Shown here: positions 46,557 through 55,801 of the stretch, piece after piece
Numbering within the stretch: position 1 is the stretch's first letter
Layout of the letters: each line of letters starts with the position of its first letter
From: Anaerolineae bacterium
GTDB lineage: Bacteria; Chloroflexota; Anaerolineae; SpSt-600
Assembly: GCA_025062375.1 (NCBI GenBank)
Contig: JANXAG010000006.1
Coordinates: forward strand, 9,956-73,955
Direction: 5' to 3'
DNA length: 64,000 nucleotides
Notes under the pieces: model-generated
Seen by the model: the letters and a program-made list of their open reading frames with translations, nothing else
Database searches by the model: none
Told to the model about the DNA's origin: nothing
Made by a program: the position numbers and the translations under genes

Positions 46557-47531
46557 TCAGGGCAAAAAGCCCAGAGGGTTACGGGGCACCCCGTTAAGCC
46601 TTATCTCAAAGTGCAGGTGGGGTCCAGTGCTTTTGCCCGTATTCCCCGAAAGGCCTATTATCTGGCCCTTGTGAACTGACATCCCCACATCGACCTTTAC
46701 CACGCTGAGGTGAGCATAATATGTCATGAACCCGTTGCGGTGGTCTATTACGACCAGTTTTCCGTACCCTTGATCGTTCCAGCCTGCATAAACTACGAAG
46801 CCTGAATCGGCCGCATAGACAGGGGTACCCTCAGGCACTCCAAGGTCTATAGCCCGATGAAGCCGCCAGTAATACTGGGTTATATAGAGCACTCCATCAA
46901 TTGGCCAGGCGAACTTTCCAGTCCCCTTGGCTGCACCGGGTGGTATCGGTCCTGTATAATGGCGGACAATCTTTGGTTTGTAAGGTTTCTCGCCACCGGG
47001 CACTATGATCTTTTGCCCCGGGGTCAGTTCGTAAGGAGGTTTCAGGTTATTGAGAGGGAAGTTTATTATGGCCGAAGGGTCTACCTTGTATTCCTTGGCC
47101 AGCTTCTCCACTGTGTCACCGGCTTTCACCGTGTGATAGACGCCGGAAACAGGCAATATAACGATTTCCATCCCCACTGGAAGCCAGTCCGGATTGTCTT
47201 CCAGATCGGGGTTTGACCACATAATGGTTTCAGGGGTTATGCCGAAGCGCCTGGCAATATCGAAAACCGTATCTCCAGCCTGGACCGTATAGGTAATAAC
47301 AGTATCGCGGGGTCTTTCCTGAATCACGGTGTGGAAGACAGGGAAAGGGCTCAAGGCTTCATTCCAGAAGGAATGCATATTTGTGGGGGCTGCTATGGAA
47401 AGGAGCCCTTTACGTTCAGAGGTAGAGGACGGAACCGTCAGCCATTCATCTGGAAATTTAATGGGCACTCCCTCGGCCAGCATTACAAGGAAGAAAAATC
47501 CTGCTGCCAGGAAAGGGGGAAGCTTTCTCAT
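46557..47531 (-). CDS. LysM-domain M23 family peptidase
   Basis: Two LysM repeats (YTVQAGDT, HTVKAGDT); H.AID, YAHL, STGPHLHFE. Confidence 0.93.
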   Translation of the reverse strand: MRKLPPFLAAGFFFLVMLAEGVPIKFPDEWLTVPSSTSERKGLLSIAAPTNMHSFWNEALSPFPVFHTVIQERPRDTVITYTVQAGDTVFDIARRFGITPETIMWSNPDLEDNPDWLPVGMEIVILPVSGVYHTVKAGDTVEKLAKEYKVDPSAIINFPLNNLKPPYELTPGQKIIVPGGEKPYKPKIVRHYTGPIPPGAAKGTGKFAWPIDGVLYITQYYWRLHRAIDLGVPEGTPVYAADSGFVVYAGWNDQGYGKLVVIDHRNGFMTYYAHLSVVKVDVGMSVHKGQIIGLSGNTGKSTGPHLHFEIRLNGVPRNPLGFLP

Positions 47532-47541
47532 TGCATGGGCC

Positions 47542-48870
47542 TCAGGGGATGGACTTATTGAGGAGTTCTAAGAATTCCCTGTTACTGCGGGTTTTGCGCA
47601 TGTGGTCGAGAAGTGCCTGCATCGCATCAGTTATATCCATTCCGGAACCGCTGGGGGGAGGAGAAATCATGTAAGAGAACATCCGGCGCATGAGCCATAC
47701 TCGGTTAAGGGTGTATTCGTCCAGGAGAAGCTCTTCGCGGCGAGTGCCAGATTTTTCAATATCAAAAGCTGGGAATATGCGTCTTTCCTGGAGTTTACGG
47801 CTTAGGTGCAATTCCATATTGCCGGTACCTTTGAATTCCTCATAGATTACATCGTCCATGCGGCTTCCGGTATCTATTAAACAGGTGGCTATAATGGTCA
47901 GGCTTCCCCCTTCCTGGATATTACGGGCCGCGCCGAAGAAGCGTTTGGGTGGGTAAAGGGCAGCAGGGTCAATACCCCCCGAGAGAGTTCTTCCGCTTAC
48001 GGGGACCAGTAAGTTATAGGCTCTGGTCAGGCGTGTTATCCCATCCAGAAGGATTACCACGTCTTTTTTGAGTTCTACCAGTCTCTTGGCCCTCTCTAAA
48101 GCCAGTTCAGCCACCCGGGCGTGGTTTTCTACCGGGTCATCAAAGGTGGAGGAGATCACTTCCACTCTGGGATCAACCGAGCGCTCGAAGTCCGTTACCT
48201 CCTCTGGGCGTTCTCCTATCAGGAGCACCATCAGGTGGATATCGTCGTAGTTAGTGGTGATGGCATTGGCTATGTGCTTAAGGACAGTGGTTTTTCCGGC
48301 TTTCGGAGGAGAAACGATTAGGCCACGTTGCCCTCGGCCAATGGGAGCGATGAGGTCCAGAAGCCTTGTGGTGAGGTTATCGGGTCTGGTTTCCAGTCGG
48401 ATCTGCTTGTTAGGGAAGATGGGGGTGAGTTCATCGAAGTGGGGGCGGTTTTTGGCCAGTTCAGCGTCCATACCGTTTACGGCTTCGACTTTTATTATGC
48501 TGAAGTATCTCTCGTTTTCCTTCGGTGGGCGGACGTGGCCGATAACGAAATCTCCGGGCCTGAGGGCAAAGCGCTTGATTTGGGAAGAAGATATGTAAAT
48601 ATCCTCGGGGCCGGGTAGAAGGTGGTCGGATCGGAGGAACCCGTGGCCTTCGGGCATTATATCCAAGATTCCACCCCCGAATATATAGCCCTGTCTTTCG
48701 GCGCTGGCCTTCAGGATACGCAGGATCAGCTCGTTTTTCTTAAGTCGGCTGTAGCCGCTTACTCCCAGGCTTTTAGCTATATCCTGAAGTTCGTTTAAAG
48801 TTTTGCTTTCCAGCTCAGCCACAGAAAAATCTGGAGGCAGGAGTCCTACACCGGTTTCAAGCTCCAGCAC
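47542..48870 (-). CDS. rho: Transcription termination factor Rho
   Basis: [56 protein letters not shown]. Confidence 0.97.
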   Translation of the reverse strand: MLELETGVGLLPPDFSVAELESKTLNELQDIAKSLGVSGYSRLKKNELILRILKASAERQGYIFGGGILDIMPEGHGFLRSDHLLPGPEDIYISSSQIKRFALRPGDFVIGHVRPPKENERYFSIIKVEAVNGMDAELAKNRPHFDELTPIFPNKQIRLETRPDNLTTRLLDLIAPIGRGQRGLIVSPPKAGKTTVLKHIANAITTNYDDIHLMVLLIGERPEEVTDFERSVDPRVEVISSTFDDPVENHARVAELALERAKRLVELKKDVVILLDGITRLTRAYNLLVPVSGRTLSGGIDPAALYPPKRFFGAARNIQEGGSLTIIATCLIDTGSRMDDVIYEEFKGTGNMELHLSRKLQERRIFPAFDIEKSGTRREELLLDEYTLNRVWLMRRMFSYMISPPPSGSGMDITDAMQALLDHMRKTRSNREFLELLNKSIP

Positions 48871-48950
48871 TTTTACACCTCTCCAAAGGGGATTTTTAAA
48901 TTACAATGGGGCATGTTTAGTTCTGTGAGGCTTTAAATTCTTCGTCATAA

Positions 48951-49022
48951 AGCGGGCGACGGGATTCGAACCCGCGACCTTCTCCTTGGGAGGGAGACGT
49001 GCTACCTCTGCACCACGCCCGC
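48951..49022 (-). tRNA. tRNA-Gly(CCC)
   Basis: GCGGGCG acceptor; TCTCC-CTCCCAA-GGAGA anticodon arm. Confidence 0.96.
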
Positions 49023-49027
49023 ACAAG

Positions 49028-49100
49028 AGCCCTCGGTCGGACTCGAACCGACACCCCGGCGCTTACAAGGCGCCTGCGCTACCGATTGCGCTACGAGGGC
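49028..49100 (-). tRNA. tRNA-Thr(TGT)
   Basis: GCCCTCG acceptor; GGCGC-CTTGTAA-GCGCC. Confidence 0.95.
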
Positions 49101-49111
49101 ATTAATATTTT

Positions 49112-49184
49112 AGCCGCCCATCGGATTCGAACCGATAACCTGGCGCTTACGAGGCGCCCGCTCTACCCGTTGAGCTAGGGCGGC
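49112..49184 (-). tRNA. tRNA-Thr(CGT)
   Basis: GCCGCCC acceptor; GGCGC-CTCGTAA-GCGCC. Confidence 0.95.
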
Positions 49185-49190
49185 CCAGAA

Positions 49191-49263
49191 TGGAGCCGAG
49201 GGGAGTCGAACCCCTGACCTCGTCAATGCCATTGACGCGCTCTCCCAGCTGAGCTACGGCCCC
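49191..49263 (-). tRNA. tRNA-Ala(GGC)
   Basis: GGGGCCG acceptor with G3:U70; CGTCA-ATGGCAT-TGACG. Confidence 0.96.
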
Positions 49264-49273
49264 ATTCGAACCA

Positions 49274-49347
49274 GGTGGCCAGCGGGTCTCGAACCCGCAA
49301 CCCTCGGAGCCACAGTCCGATGCTCTGCCAATTGAGCTATGGCCACC
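49274..49347 (-). tRNA. tRNA-His(GTG), G-1 encoded
   Basis: (G)GTGGCCA acceptor, C73; TCGGA-CTGTGGC-TCCGA. Confidence 0.96.
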
Positions 49348-49353
49348 GCCCTT

Positions 49354-49427
49354 TGGGGCAGGGTGGATTCGAACCACCGACCTCTCCCTTATCAGGGGAG
49401 TGCTCTGGCCACCTGAGCTACTGCCCC
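49354..49427 (-). tRNA. tRNA-Ile(GAT)
   Basis: GGGGCAG acceptor; CTCCC-CTGATAA-GGGAG. Confidence 0.96.
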
Positions 49428-49439
49428 TTTCGCTTTTCT

Positions 49440-49468
49440 ATTATAATATAAAGCCCACTATTTTGCAA
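49440..49468 (-). promoter_or_regulatory. Promoter of the six-tRNA operon
   Basis: TTGCAA-17 nt-TATAAT. Confidence 0.8.
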
Positions 49469-49578
49469 GTCCTTGAATTGAAAGTAGCCCGCCTTCCCAA
49501 AGTTTTCATTTATGGCAAATTGTGGTAAAATAAAAACCAAATGGAGCGCACCCCAGCAAAAGTTAAGGAGAGAAAGCC

Positions 49579-50424
49579 ATGAAAGAGGAGGTGAGAAATT
49601 TTCTGGAGTATCTGCGTAAGGAAAAGGCTTACTCCGAGCATACCATAGAAAGTTACTGGAATGACCTTTCTTACGCAGCGAATTTCTTCTTCAAGAAGAA
49701 GGGTGCCACTTTCAAATGGGCTGACTTGAAACCAACGGATGTGCAGGAGTTTGTTTCCCACCTCAGGGGGAGAGGCTATGCTATGAGCTCCATCTCCCGG
49801 AAAATCTCCTCTTTTCGATCGTTCCTTCACTTCCTCCACCGGGAAGGCGTAATAGCCCAGAGCTATTCTGAGCTTCTCGGAGGGGCCAAAACGCCGAAAC
49901 GTCCTCCCAAGTTCTTGTCCGATGAGGAACTATCCAAACTCCTGGAAGCCCCGTCAGCTCAGGGTGGGCCGAAGGCTTTGAGGGATAAAGCTATCCTTGA
50001 AGTCCTTTCCTCCACAGGAATGAAAATCATTGAGCTTGTAGCTCTGAATTTGGACGATGTGGACCTGGCCTCAGGGGCTGTGCGGATCATATACAAGAAG
50101 GGGAAGGAAAGGGTAGTAAGCCTGAGCGACCAGGCCCGGGAAGCCCTGAGGGTGTATATAGAACAGGGCCGCATGCGCCTTATAAATCCTCAAAACCCAA
50201 CTGACGCCCTTTTCGTAAACGCCAAAGGCCAGAGGCTCACACGCCAGGGGGTTTGGGTAATAGTAAAACAATACGCCAGAAGCGTGGGGATGGAGACAAG
50301 CCCGAAGATCTTCCGCCACTCCCTCATCCGCAAGAAACTTCTGGAAAAAGCGAAGCCCAGGGATCTGAAAAAAATCCTGGGCTACTCAGGCCACCTGGAT
50401 ACGACCCTTTACAGCGGAGAATAG
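49579..50424 (+). CDS. XerD-like tyrosine recombinase homolog with degenerate catalytic residues
   Basis: SAM-like N-domain (SEHTIESYWNDL, SRKISSFRSF); RDKAILE..STGMK, KGKER, PKIFRHS, LGY..TTLY. Confidence 0.85.
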   Translation: MKEEVRNFLEYLRKEKAYSEHTIESYWNDLSYAANFFFKKKGATFKWADLKPTDVQEFVSHLRGRGYAMSSISRKISSFRSFLHFLHREGVIAQSYSELLGGAKTPKRPPKFLSDEELSKLLEAPSAQGGPKALRDKAILEVLSSTGMKIIELVALNLDDVDLASGAVRIIYKKGKERVVSLSDQAREALRVYIEQGRMRLINPQNPTDALFVNAKGQRLTRQGVWVIVKQYARSVGMETSPKIFRHSLIRKKLLEKAKPRDLKKILGYSGHLDTTLYSGE

Positions 50425-50428
50425 GGAT

Positions 50429-51286
50429 ATGACCGAAGCCTTCTTCTCCCACTCGGACTATTTGCGTTTTGCCGCTTTATTCAAAGAAAAACTGGGATGG
50501 ATACCGGCAGTGGGGATAATCCTGGGCTCTGGCCTCAATCCCGTAGCCGATGAAGTAGAAGTGGAAGCTTCAGCCCTTTACAGCGAAATCCCCGGCTTCC
50601 CTGTCCCAATGGTGGCGGGACACGAAGGCCGAATCCTGGTCGGCAGAATAAACGGGTTTCCGATCCTGGTCTTCCAGGGCCGCCCCCATTACTATGAAGG
50701 CTACTCAATGCAGGAAGTAGTCCTCCCGATAAGGGTTTTCCAAGTATCTGGAGGCAAAGTATTGATTGTAACCAATGCTGCTGGAGGCCTTAACCCCTAC
50801 TTTAAGCCCGGAGACTTGATGCTCATAACCGATCACATAAATATCCCAGGGCTGGCTGGTATCCACCCATTAAGGGGGCCCAATGAAGAAACCATCGGCC
50901 CCCGCTTTTTAGATATGGTCAACGCTTACGACCCTCAGCTTCGCTCCCTGGCTCAGAAGGCAGCTAAGAAAGCAGGGATTGAACTCCACGAGGGAATATA
51001 CGTTATGCTCACAGGCCCGTCCTATGAAACCCCCGCTGAAATTCGTTTCCTTCGCCTCATAGGCGCCGATGCCGTAGGAATGTCTACCGTCCCCGAAGTC
51101 ATAGCTGCCCGCCACGGCGGGATGAGGGTCTTAGGCATATCAGGCATAAGCAACGTCATCCCAATACAGCACGGAGAAAAAGGCCCTGACCATCAGGAAG
51201 TTCTGGAAGCGGGGAAGAAAATGGTCCCTAAATTGCAGGCTCTCCTCCGTCACCTCATCCCGATGATATACGAAACGGGGGTTTAA
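50429..51286 (+). CDS. punA: Purine nucleoside phosphorylase (PNP-I)
   Basis: IILGSGL, GH.G, QGR.H.YEG, TNAAGG, GPSYETPAE, GADAVGMSTVPE. Confidence 0.93.
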   Translation: MTEAFFSHSDYLRFAALFKEKLGWIPAVGIILGSGLNPVADEVEVEASALYSEIPGFPVPMVAGHEGRILVGRINGFPILVFQGRPHYYEGYSMQEVVLPIRVFQVSGGKVLIVTNAAGGLNPYFKPGDLMLITDHINIPGLAGIHPLRGPNEETIGPRFLDMVNAYDPQLRSLAQKAAKKAGIELHEGIYVMLTGPSYETPAEIRFLRLIGADAVGMSTVPEVIAARHGGMRVLGISGISNVIPIQHGEKGPDHQEVLEAGKKMVPKLQALLRHLIPMIYETGV

Positions 51287-52009
51287 ATGTCCATTCTCAT
51301 AGAAATCCTGGCGAAGAATACCCACTGGCTCTGGCTTTTGTGTATAATCTGGGCCATATACAACCTTAGACAGGCTTTCCTGGCCCGCAGGGAGAGAAAG
51401 GCGGCGCGTTTCTCCCTGGAGAAAGAAGCTGCGCAGGCCCGCCTCTACCGGACATGGGGCTGGAGCGCGGCTCTCTTCTTTTTCCTGGGTTTCACCCTTT
51501 ACCTCCAGCTGGCAATATCTCCAGGGTTGGAAAATCCGCCGCCAGCCCAGGAATCCGCCAGCAATGTTCTTCCCCTTCCCACGCCCACCCCAACCCCCAA
51601 ACCCACCCCGACCCCTATTCCAACCCCTCCCAGGCCTCCAACTCCTCCCATGATTTACTTTCCCACCCCTGAGCTGACTCCGACTCCAACTCCGCTTCCC
51701 CCCTGTCCTAACCCGGGAGTGGTTATCACAAGCCCCGGGGTAAACGCTACTATAAGGGGCCCCGTGGAAATAAAGGGGACTGCGAACATCCCCAACTTTC
51801 AGTTCTACAAACTTGAGTTCGGAGCAGGCCAGAACCCCCAACTTTGGTCCTTCATCCTTTCCGGCAACACACCAGTCGTGGGCGGAACCCTCGGGATTTG
51901 GGATCCTTCCCCTCTACCGCCAGGGGAATACAGGCTTCGCCTCGTAGTGGTGGATATAACGGGAAACTACCCTCCTCCATGCGAGATTCCAATCAGGATT
52001 CAGAGGTAA
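51287..52009 (+). CDS. Membrane protein: 2 TM helices, PT linker, C-terminal Ig-like domain homologous to the PBP1A C-terminus
   Basis: Hydrophobic helices, (PT)n linker, visible alignment to PBP1A at about 36478-36770. Confidence 0.75.
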   Translation: MSILIEILAKNTHWLWLLCIIWAIYNLRQAFLARRERKAARFSLEKEAAQARLYRTWGWSAALFFFLGFTLYLQLAISPGLENPPPAQESASNVLPLPTPTPTPKPTPTPIPTPPRPPTPPMIYFPTPELTPTPTPLPPCPNPGVVITSPGVNATIRGPVEIKGTANIPNFQFYKLEFGAGQNPQLWSFILSGNTPVVGGTLGIWDPSPLPPGEYRLRLVVVDITGNYPPPCEIPIRIQR

Positions 52010-52111
52010 AAGCTTATTGAAAGAGCAGTATATTCTTTGGAGGGAGAAGAAACCTTCCCAGCCGGGGATTTGGGAATTTCTTATTGTAACCCCACGCATC
52101 ACCCTGGTAAA

Positions 52112-52350
52112 CTGGGCCCGAACCGGCGGCAAGCTCTGCAGTACCCATTACGGGGTGGTGAACCTCAGGAGTGGGTGACCGGTAGTTAGGCGTGAGCAGG
52201 CCTGAACCCCTGAGCCCACAGAGGTGAAAGCGAGGTCAAACCCTATCCCGCAAAATTTTTAAAAGGGAGTGAGCTTCAGCCTTTTGGCCCGCCTGTGAGT
52301 GGGGCCCAGAACCGGCTGTAAACCCTGAACCAGCGGGGGTGGGAGAAACC
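52112..52350 (+). ncRNA. Candidate structured RNA or long leader upstream of the Rrf2 gene, unassigned
   Basis: Nested helices across ~200 nt; promoter-like TTGTAA-18-TAAACT at 52084-52113. Confidence 0.4.
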
Positions 52351-52367
52351 ACTGAAGGGAGGTGAAA

Positions 52368-52796
52368 ATGATGATTATCTCGAGAAAAACCGATTATGGC
52401 CTGCGTATCCTTCTGGAGCTTTCCAAACTGCCTCAGGGAACAGCGATATCAGCCAAAGAACTGGCCTTCCGTCAGGGAATCCCCTTCCCATTCCTCAGCA
52501 AAATAATCGCCGATCTGGCCTCCAAACACATTGTGGAGACCAAGAGAGGAATGAAGGGGGGGATAAAGCTCTCTCTGACACCAGATTCCATCTCCGTCCT
52601 GGATATAGTGGAAGCCATAGACGGAGGCATAAACCTCTGTTACTGTTCCGCCCGCTCTATAGATTGCCAGCGGCAAAACTATTGCTCCATCCGCAAAAAC
52701 CTCAAACTGGTGGAAGAAAAACTCAGGGAAGAACTCCGTAAAATTACCATCGCTGCCCTGACCCAGGAGGAGCTCAGGGCATTGGGGGAAGCCTAA
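52368..52796 (+). CDS. Rrf2 family transcriptional regulator, Cys-rich (probable Fe-S)
   Basis: KTDYGLR.L..L, FLSKI...L, RG.KGG..L, I.VLDIVEAIDG; C-x-C-x6-C-x5-C. Confidence 0.92.
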   Translation: MMIISRKTDYGLRILLELSKLPQGTAISAKELAFRQGIPFPFLSKIIADLASKHIVETKRGMKGGIKLSLTPDSISVLDIVEAIDGGINLCYCSARSIDCQRQNYCSIRKNLKLVEEKLREELRKITIAALTQEELRALGEA

Positions 52797-52814
52797 AACG
52801 ACGGAGGAACAGAG

Positions 52815-54242
52815 ATGCCAATAGAGTTCGGGACCGACGGCTGGAGGGCCGTAATAAGCGATGATTTCACCTTTGAGAACCTCCGCTATGTAGCCCAGGG
52901 CATAGCCGAAGCCTTCGGACCTGGAAGGAAAATCGCCATCGGCTTTGACACCAGATTTCTTTCAGACCGCTACGCTGCAGAAGTGGCCAGAGTGCTGGCC
53001 GCCAATGGGATAACGGTCTACCTTACAAGAACAGATACTCCGACCCCGGTTCTGGCCTTTGCCATTTCCCACCTTAAGGCTGACGGTGGGGTGATGATAA
53101 CCGCAAGCCACAATCCTCCGCGCTACAACGGTGTTAAAGTTAAAGGGCCCTACGGTGAACCCAACAAGGCCTTGGCTAAAAAAGTTGAAGCAATAATAAA
53201 TGCCAACCTTGAGCGTAAAATTCCTCCCCGCCTTGTGGATTACGAAAAGGCCCTAGCTGAAGGAGCGATTGTAAGGTTCGATCCCGCCCCTCCTTACTTC
53301 GAGCACGTAAAGAAGCTGGTGGATTTCTCCCTTATAGCCCAAAGTGGCTTTAAAGTAGTGGTGGACCCCATGTATGGGGCCGGACGAGGGTATATAAAGA
53401 GTCTGCTTACAGAAGCGGGCCTCTCTTCAGTTTTAGAAATAAGGGGAGAAATGAACCCGGGCTTTGGGGGAATCCATCCGGAGCCTATAGCCCGCTATTT
53501 GGAGGCTCTGGTTCAGGCGGTAAGGGAGGGCAGAGATGTAGGCCTTGCCCACGATGGCGATGCCGACCGGATTGGGGCTGTTGACGCTGAAGGGAATTTT
53601 GTGGACCCTCAAAAGATTTTCGCCCTCATACTTCGCTATCTGGTGGAAGAAAAGGGGTGGAAAGGGGCTGTGGTTAAAACCATATCCACCACTATGGCTG
53701 TGGACAGGCTGGCTTCCCGTTACGGCCTGCCTCTCTATGAGACACCTGTTGGCTTCAACTACATAGCTGAGCACATGATCAGCGGAGACGTCCTTATGGG
53801 TGGGGAAGAATCGGGCGGGATGAGCGTGAAAGGCCACATCCCCGAAGGCGATGGAATCCTTATGGGGCTTCTGGTTCTGGAAGCGATGGCAGCCAGTTCA
53901 ATGCCCCTTAAAGCTCTTGTGGAGGACCTGATTTCCGATCTTGGGCCTCTTCATTACGCCAGGAAAGATATTCCTTTGGAGAAGCCATGCTCAAAGAAAG
54001 CCCTCACCGAAGCTCTTAAAGCTTCAGTTCCCTCCCGGATAGCCGGGGTAGAGGTTAAAGGGATAAGCGATCTGGATGGTTTCAAATACTTCCTGGGTGA
54101 AGAAGGCTGGCTTCTCGTAAGGCCATCAGGGACAGAACCTCTCTTGCGGATTTACGCTGAAGCTGTAGACCATGTCCTGCTAAGGGCTTTCTTAGATGAA
54201 GGGGAGAAACTGGGCCTTAAAGCCCTCGAGGCTGGACTTTAA
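52815..54242 (+). CDS. Phosphoglucomutase/phosphomannomutase
   Basis: FGTDGWR, TASHNP, DGDADR, GGEESGG, RPSGTEP. Confidence 0.95.
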   Translation: MPIEFGTDGWRAVISDDFTFENLRYVAQGIAEAFGPGRKIAIGFDTRFLSDRYAAEVARVLAANGITVYLTRTDTPTPVLAFAISHLKADGGVMITASHNPPRYNGVKVKGPYGEPNKALAKKVEAIINANLERKIPPRLVDYEKALAEGAIVRFDPAPPYFEHVKKLVDFSLIAQSGFKVVVDPMYGAGRGYIKSLLTEAGLSSVLEIRGEMNPGFGGIHPEPIARYLEALVQAVREGRDVGLAHDGDADRIGAVDAEGNFVDPQKIFALILRYLVEEKGWKGAVVKTISTTMAVDRLASRYGLPLYETPVGFNYIAEHMISGDVLMGGEESGGMSVKGHIPEGDGILMGLLVLEAMAASSMPLKALVEDLISDLGPLHYARKDIPLEKPCSKKALTEALKASVPSRIAGVEVKGISDLDGFKYFLGEEGWLLVRPSGTEPLLRIYAEAVDHVLLRAFLDEGEKLGLKALEAGL

Positions 54243-55150
54243 ATAGGTAGCTGACCCATTACTTCTCGCAATCTTTCTAGGGATTTTATGGCTTCAGGGA
54301 TAGTTAACTCAAAGATGATCGGCCCTTCAAAGTTTACCTTTTTCAAGGAGGAGAAGAAATCCTCCAGGGGGACTTCCCCTTCTCCGAGGGGCAGGTGATC
54401 GGCCCAGCGAGCGGTTCCGTCGGGCTCAAGCCTGAACCAGGCATCGTGCAGGTGGACCTCTTTGAGGCGGGGTAAGCATTTAGCCAGAGCCTCGTGGAAA
54501 TCCACCGGGCCGGGCATACGGGCAAAGACATGCCCGGTATCAAAGCAAACGGAAAGGTCAAACTCCTCTGCCAGGCCGAGGGTCAAGTCCAAAGGGAACT
54601 GGATGGTTTCTACTGCCAAGGCTCTGGGTGGGAGGTTTGTCCGTTCAAGAATCTCCTCAATGCTTCGGGCAGCATTGCGCTGGAAAAGCAGCATAAGGAG
54701 GGGGCGGGCCAGGTCAGGTATGGAAGGTGATGTGAAGAACTCGGTAGCGAGGGGGCCTGTAGCGTGGAAGACATAGACCTCTGGCTCCAGAGGTGCGAAA
54801 CGCAGGATTGCATCCACCATAACGTCTACTGCTGCTTTTCTGACTTCCTCAAAGGGGCTTGAGGGCTCAAGGGACCACAGGGGAAGGTGAACAGTGTAGC
54901 TTAATCCCAGGCTTTCTTTAAAATCCATAAGGCGCTTGAGAGTGGGGACACCGAAGCTATGGGGGAAGAAAATATTGAGGTCGGTATTGAGCTCGAGGAG
55001 CCGGAATCCGTAACTGGTGATGCGCTCCACCATGGCTGGCACGTCAAGGGGGGGCAACTTTTCTGGAAGGCCGCCGGCTCCGGTCAAAAGTGGTGCGGCC
55101 ATTTCCAAAAGAAGGGGTTCCTGAATAATTTCAATCCCCAGCCGGACCAT
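54239..55150 (-). CDS. AP endonuclease 2 / xylose isomerase-like TIM barrel (possibly CbiR-like phosphodiesterase)
   Basis: VHLP, VFH, AVE, CFDTGH, VHLHD, DHLPLG.G, IFE metal motifs. Confidence 0.75.
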   Translation of the reverse strand: MVRLGIEIIQEPLLLEMAAPLLTGAGGLPEKLPPLDVPAMVERITSYGFRLLELNTDLNIFFPHSFGVPTLKRLMDFKESLGLSYTVHLPLWSLEPSSPFEEVRKAAVDVMVDAILRFAPLEPEVYVFHATGPLATEFFTSPSIPDLARPLLMLLFQRNAARSIEEILERTNLPPRALAVETIQFPLDLTLGLAEEFDLSVCFDTGHVFARMPGPVDFHEALAKCLPRLKEVHLHDAWFRLEPDGTARWADHLPLGEGEVPLEDFFSSLKKVNFEGPIIFELTIPEAIKSLERLREVMGQLPI

Positions 55151-55360
55151 ATTTGCCTCCGATTTTGTTTTCTGGTTTCATGATACTACGAGTGAAGATT
55201 TAGGGCAAATCCCGTTTGCGGGCTGATCTGCCCCTGGTTTACAGGGGTAACTGGGCAAATGGTAAAGCTCTTTTTAGGAGAAAATTTCGCCCAATTAAGA
55301 TCTTTTCCCGGTAACCGGGAGTCGTTAGACAGGAAATCCATTCCTCGTCCCTTACCGGAT

Positions 55361-55390
55361 TTGACAGTAGAGGAAAAATGGATGTAAAAT
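55361..55390 (+). promoter_or_regulatory. Promoter in the AT-rich CRISPR-leader-like region
   Basis: TTGACA-18 nt-TAAAAT with TG extension. Confidence 0.6.
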
Positions 55391-55454
55391 AAAGCTGGAT
55401 TTTGCACTAAAGCCTTTAACAGACTACGAACCTTAACAATTAAATATGCCTTTG

Positions 55455-55775
55455 ATTGTAATCGAACCAGAGTGGGATTGAAAGGTGTGGCGGTGGGAGT
55501 CATCTACTCCTACCGTTTTAGTCAGAGTAGGCTTGAAAGCTCGACCTCCCTTCGCCTGCACTGTAAAATCAACTGCTGTTATGGTCGAGTTAGAGAGGGC
55601 TTGATTGATGATTCATGTATCTTGTCGTAATCGCACCAGAGTGAGTTTGAAGGGAAAGGTTTCATTCCTCCTGGCCCACAAAATCTTCACCGTAATTGCC
55701 CCATAAAGAGGTTGAATCCTGTTAGGGCCTCGGCTGCTTTATTTGGTCGTAATTGCAGCATAGTAGAATTTAATG
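55455..55775 (+). CRISPR. Degenerate orphan CRISPR array, six 30-bp-class repeats
   Basis: R1 ATTGTAATCGAACCAGAGTGGGATTGAAAG (55455); R4 GTCGTAATCGCACCAGAGTGAGTTTGAAGG (55624, 24/30 to R1); R2 55515 (25 bp, internal deletion), R3 55578, R5 55689, R6 55746 (about 20-21/30 to R1 or R4); unique spacers of 30, 38, 16, 35 and 27 bp. Confidence 0.7.
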
Positions 55776-55801
55776 GGTTCGTTCTTTTCACAGGAGTTGC
55801 T

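Noticed and set aside
52220-52320. RNase P RNA-like words (GGTGAAAG; CAGAACCGGCT)
   Set aside because: No GAGGAAAGTCC CR-I and too short; kept only as an unassigned structured RNA
55186-55503. 105-aa minus-strand ORF, and the 55712 start for GH36
   Set aside because: The ORF crosses the CRISPR leader and repeat 1; the 55712 TTG lies inside repeat 5, whereas ATG 55802 has an SD and a signal peptide
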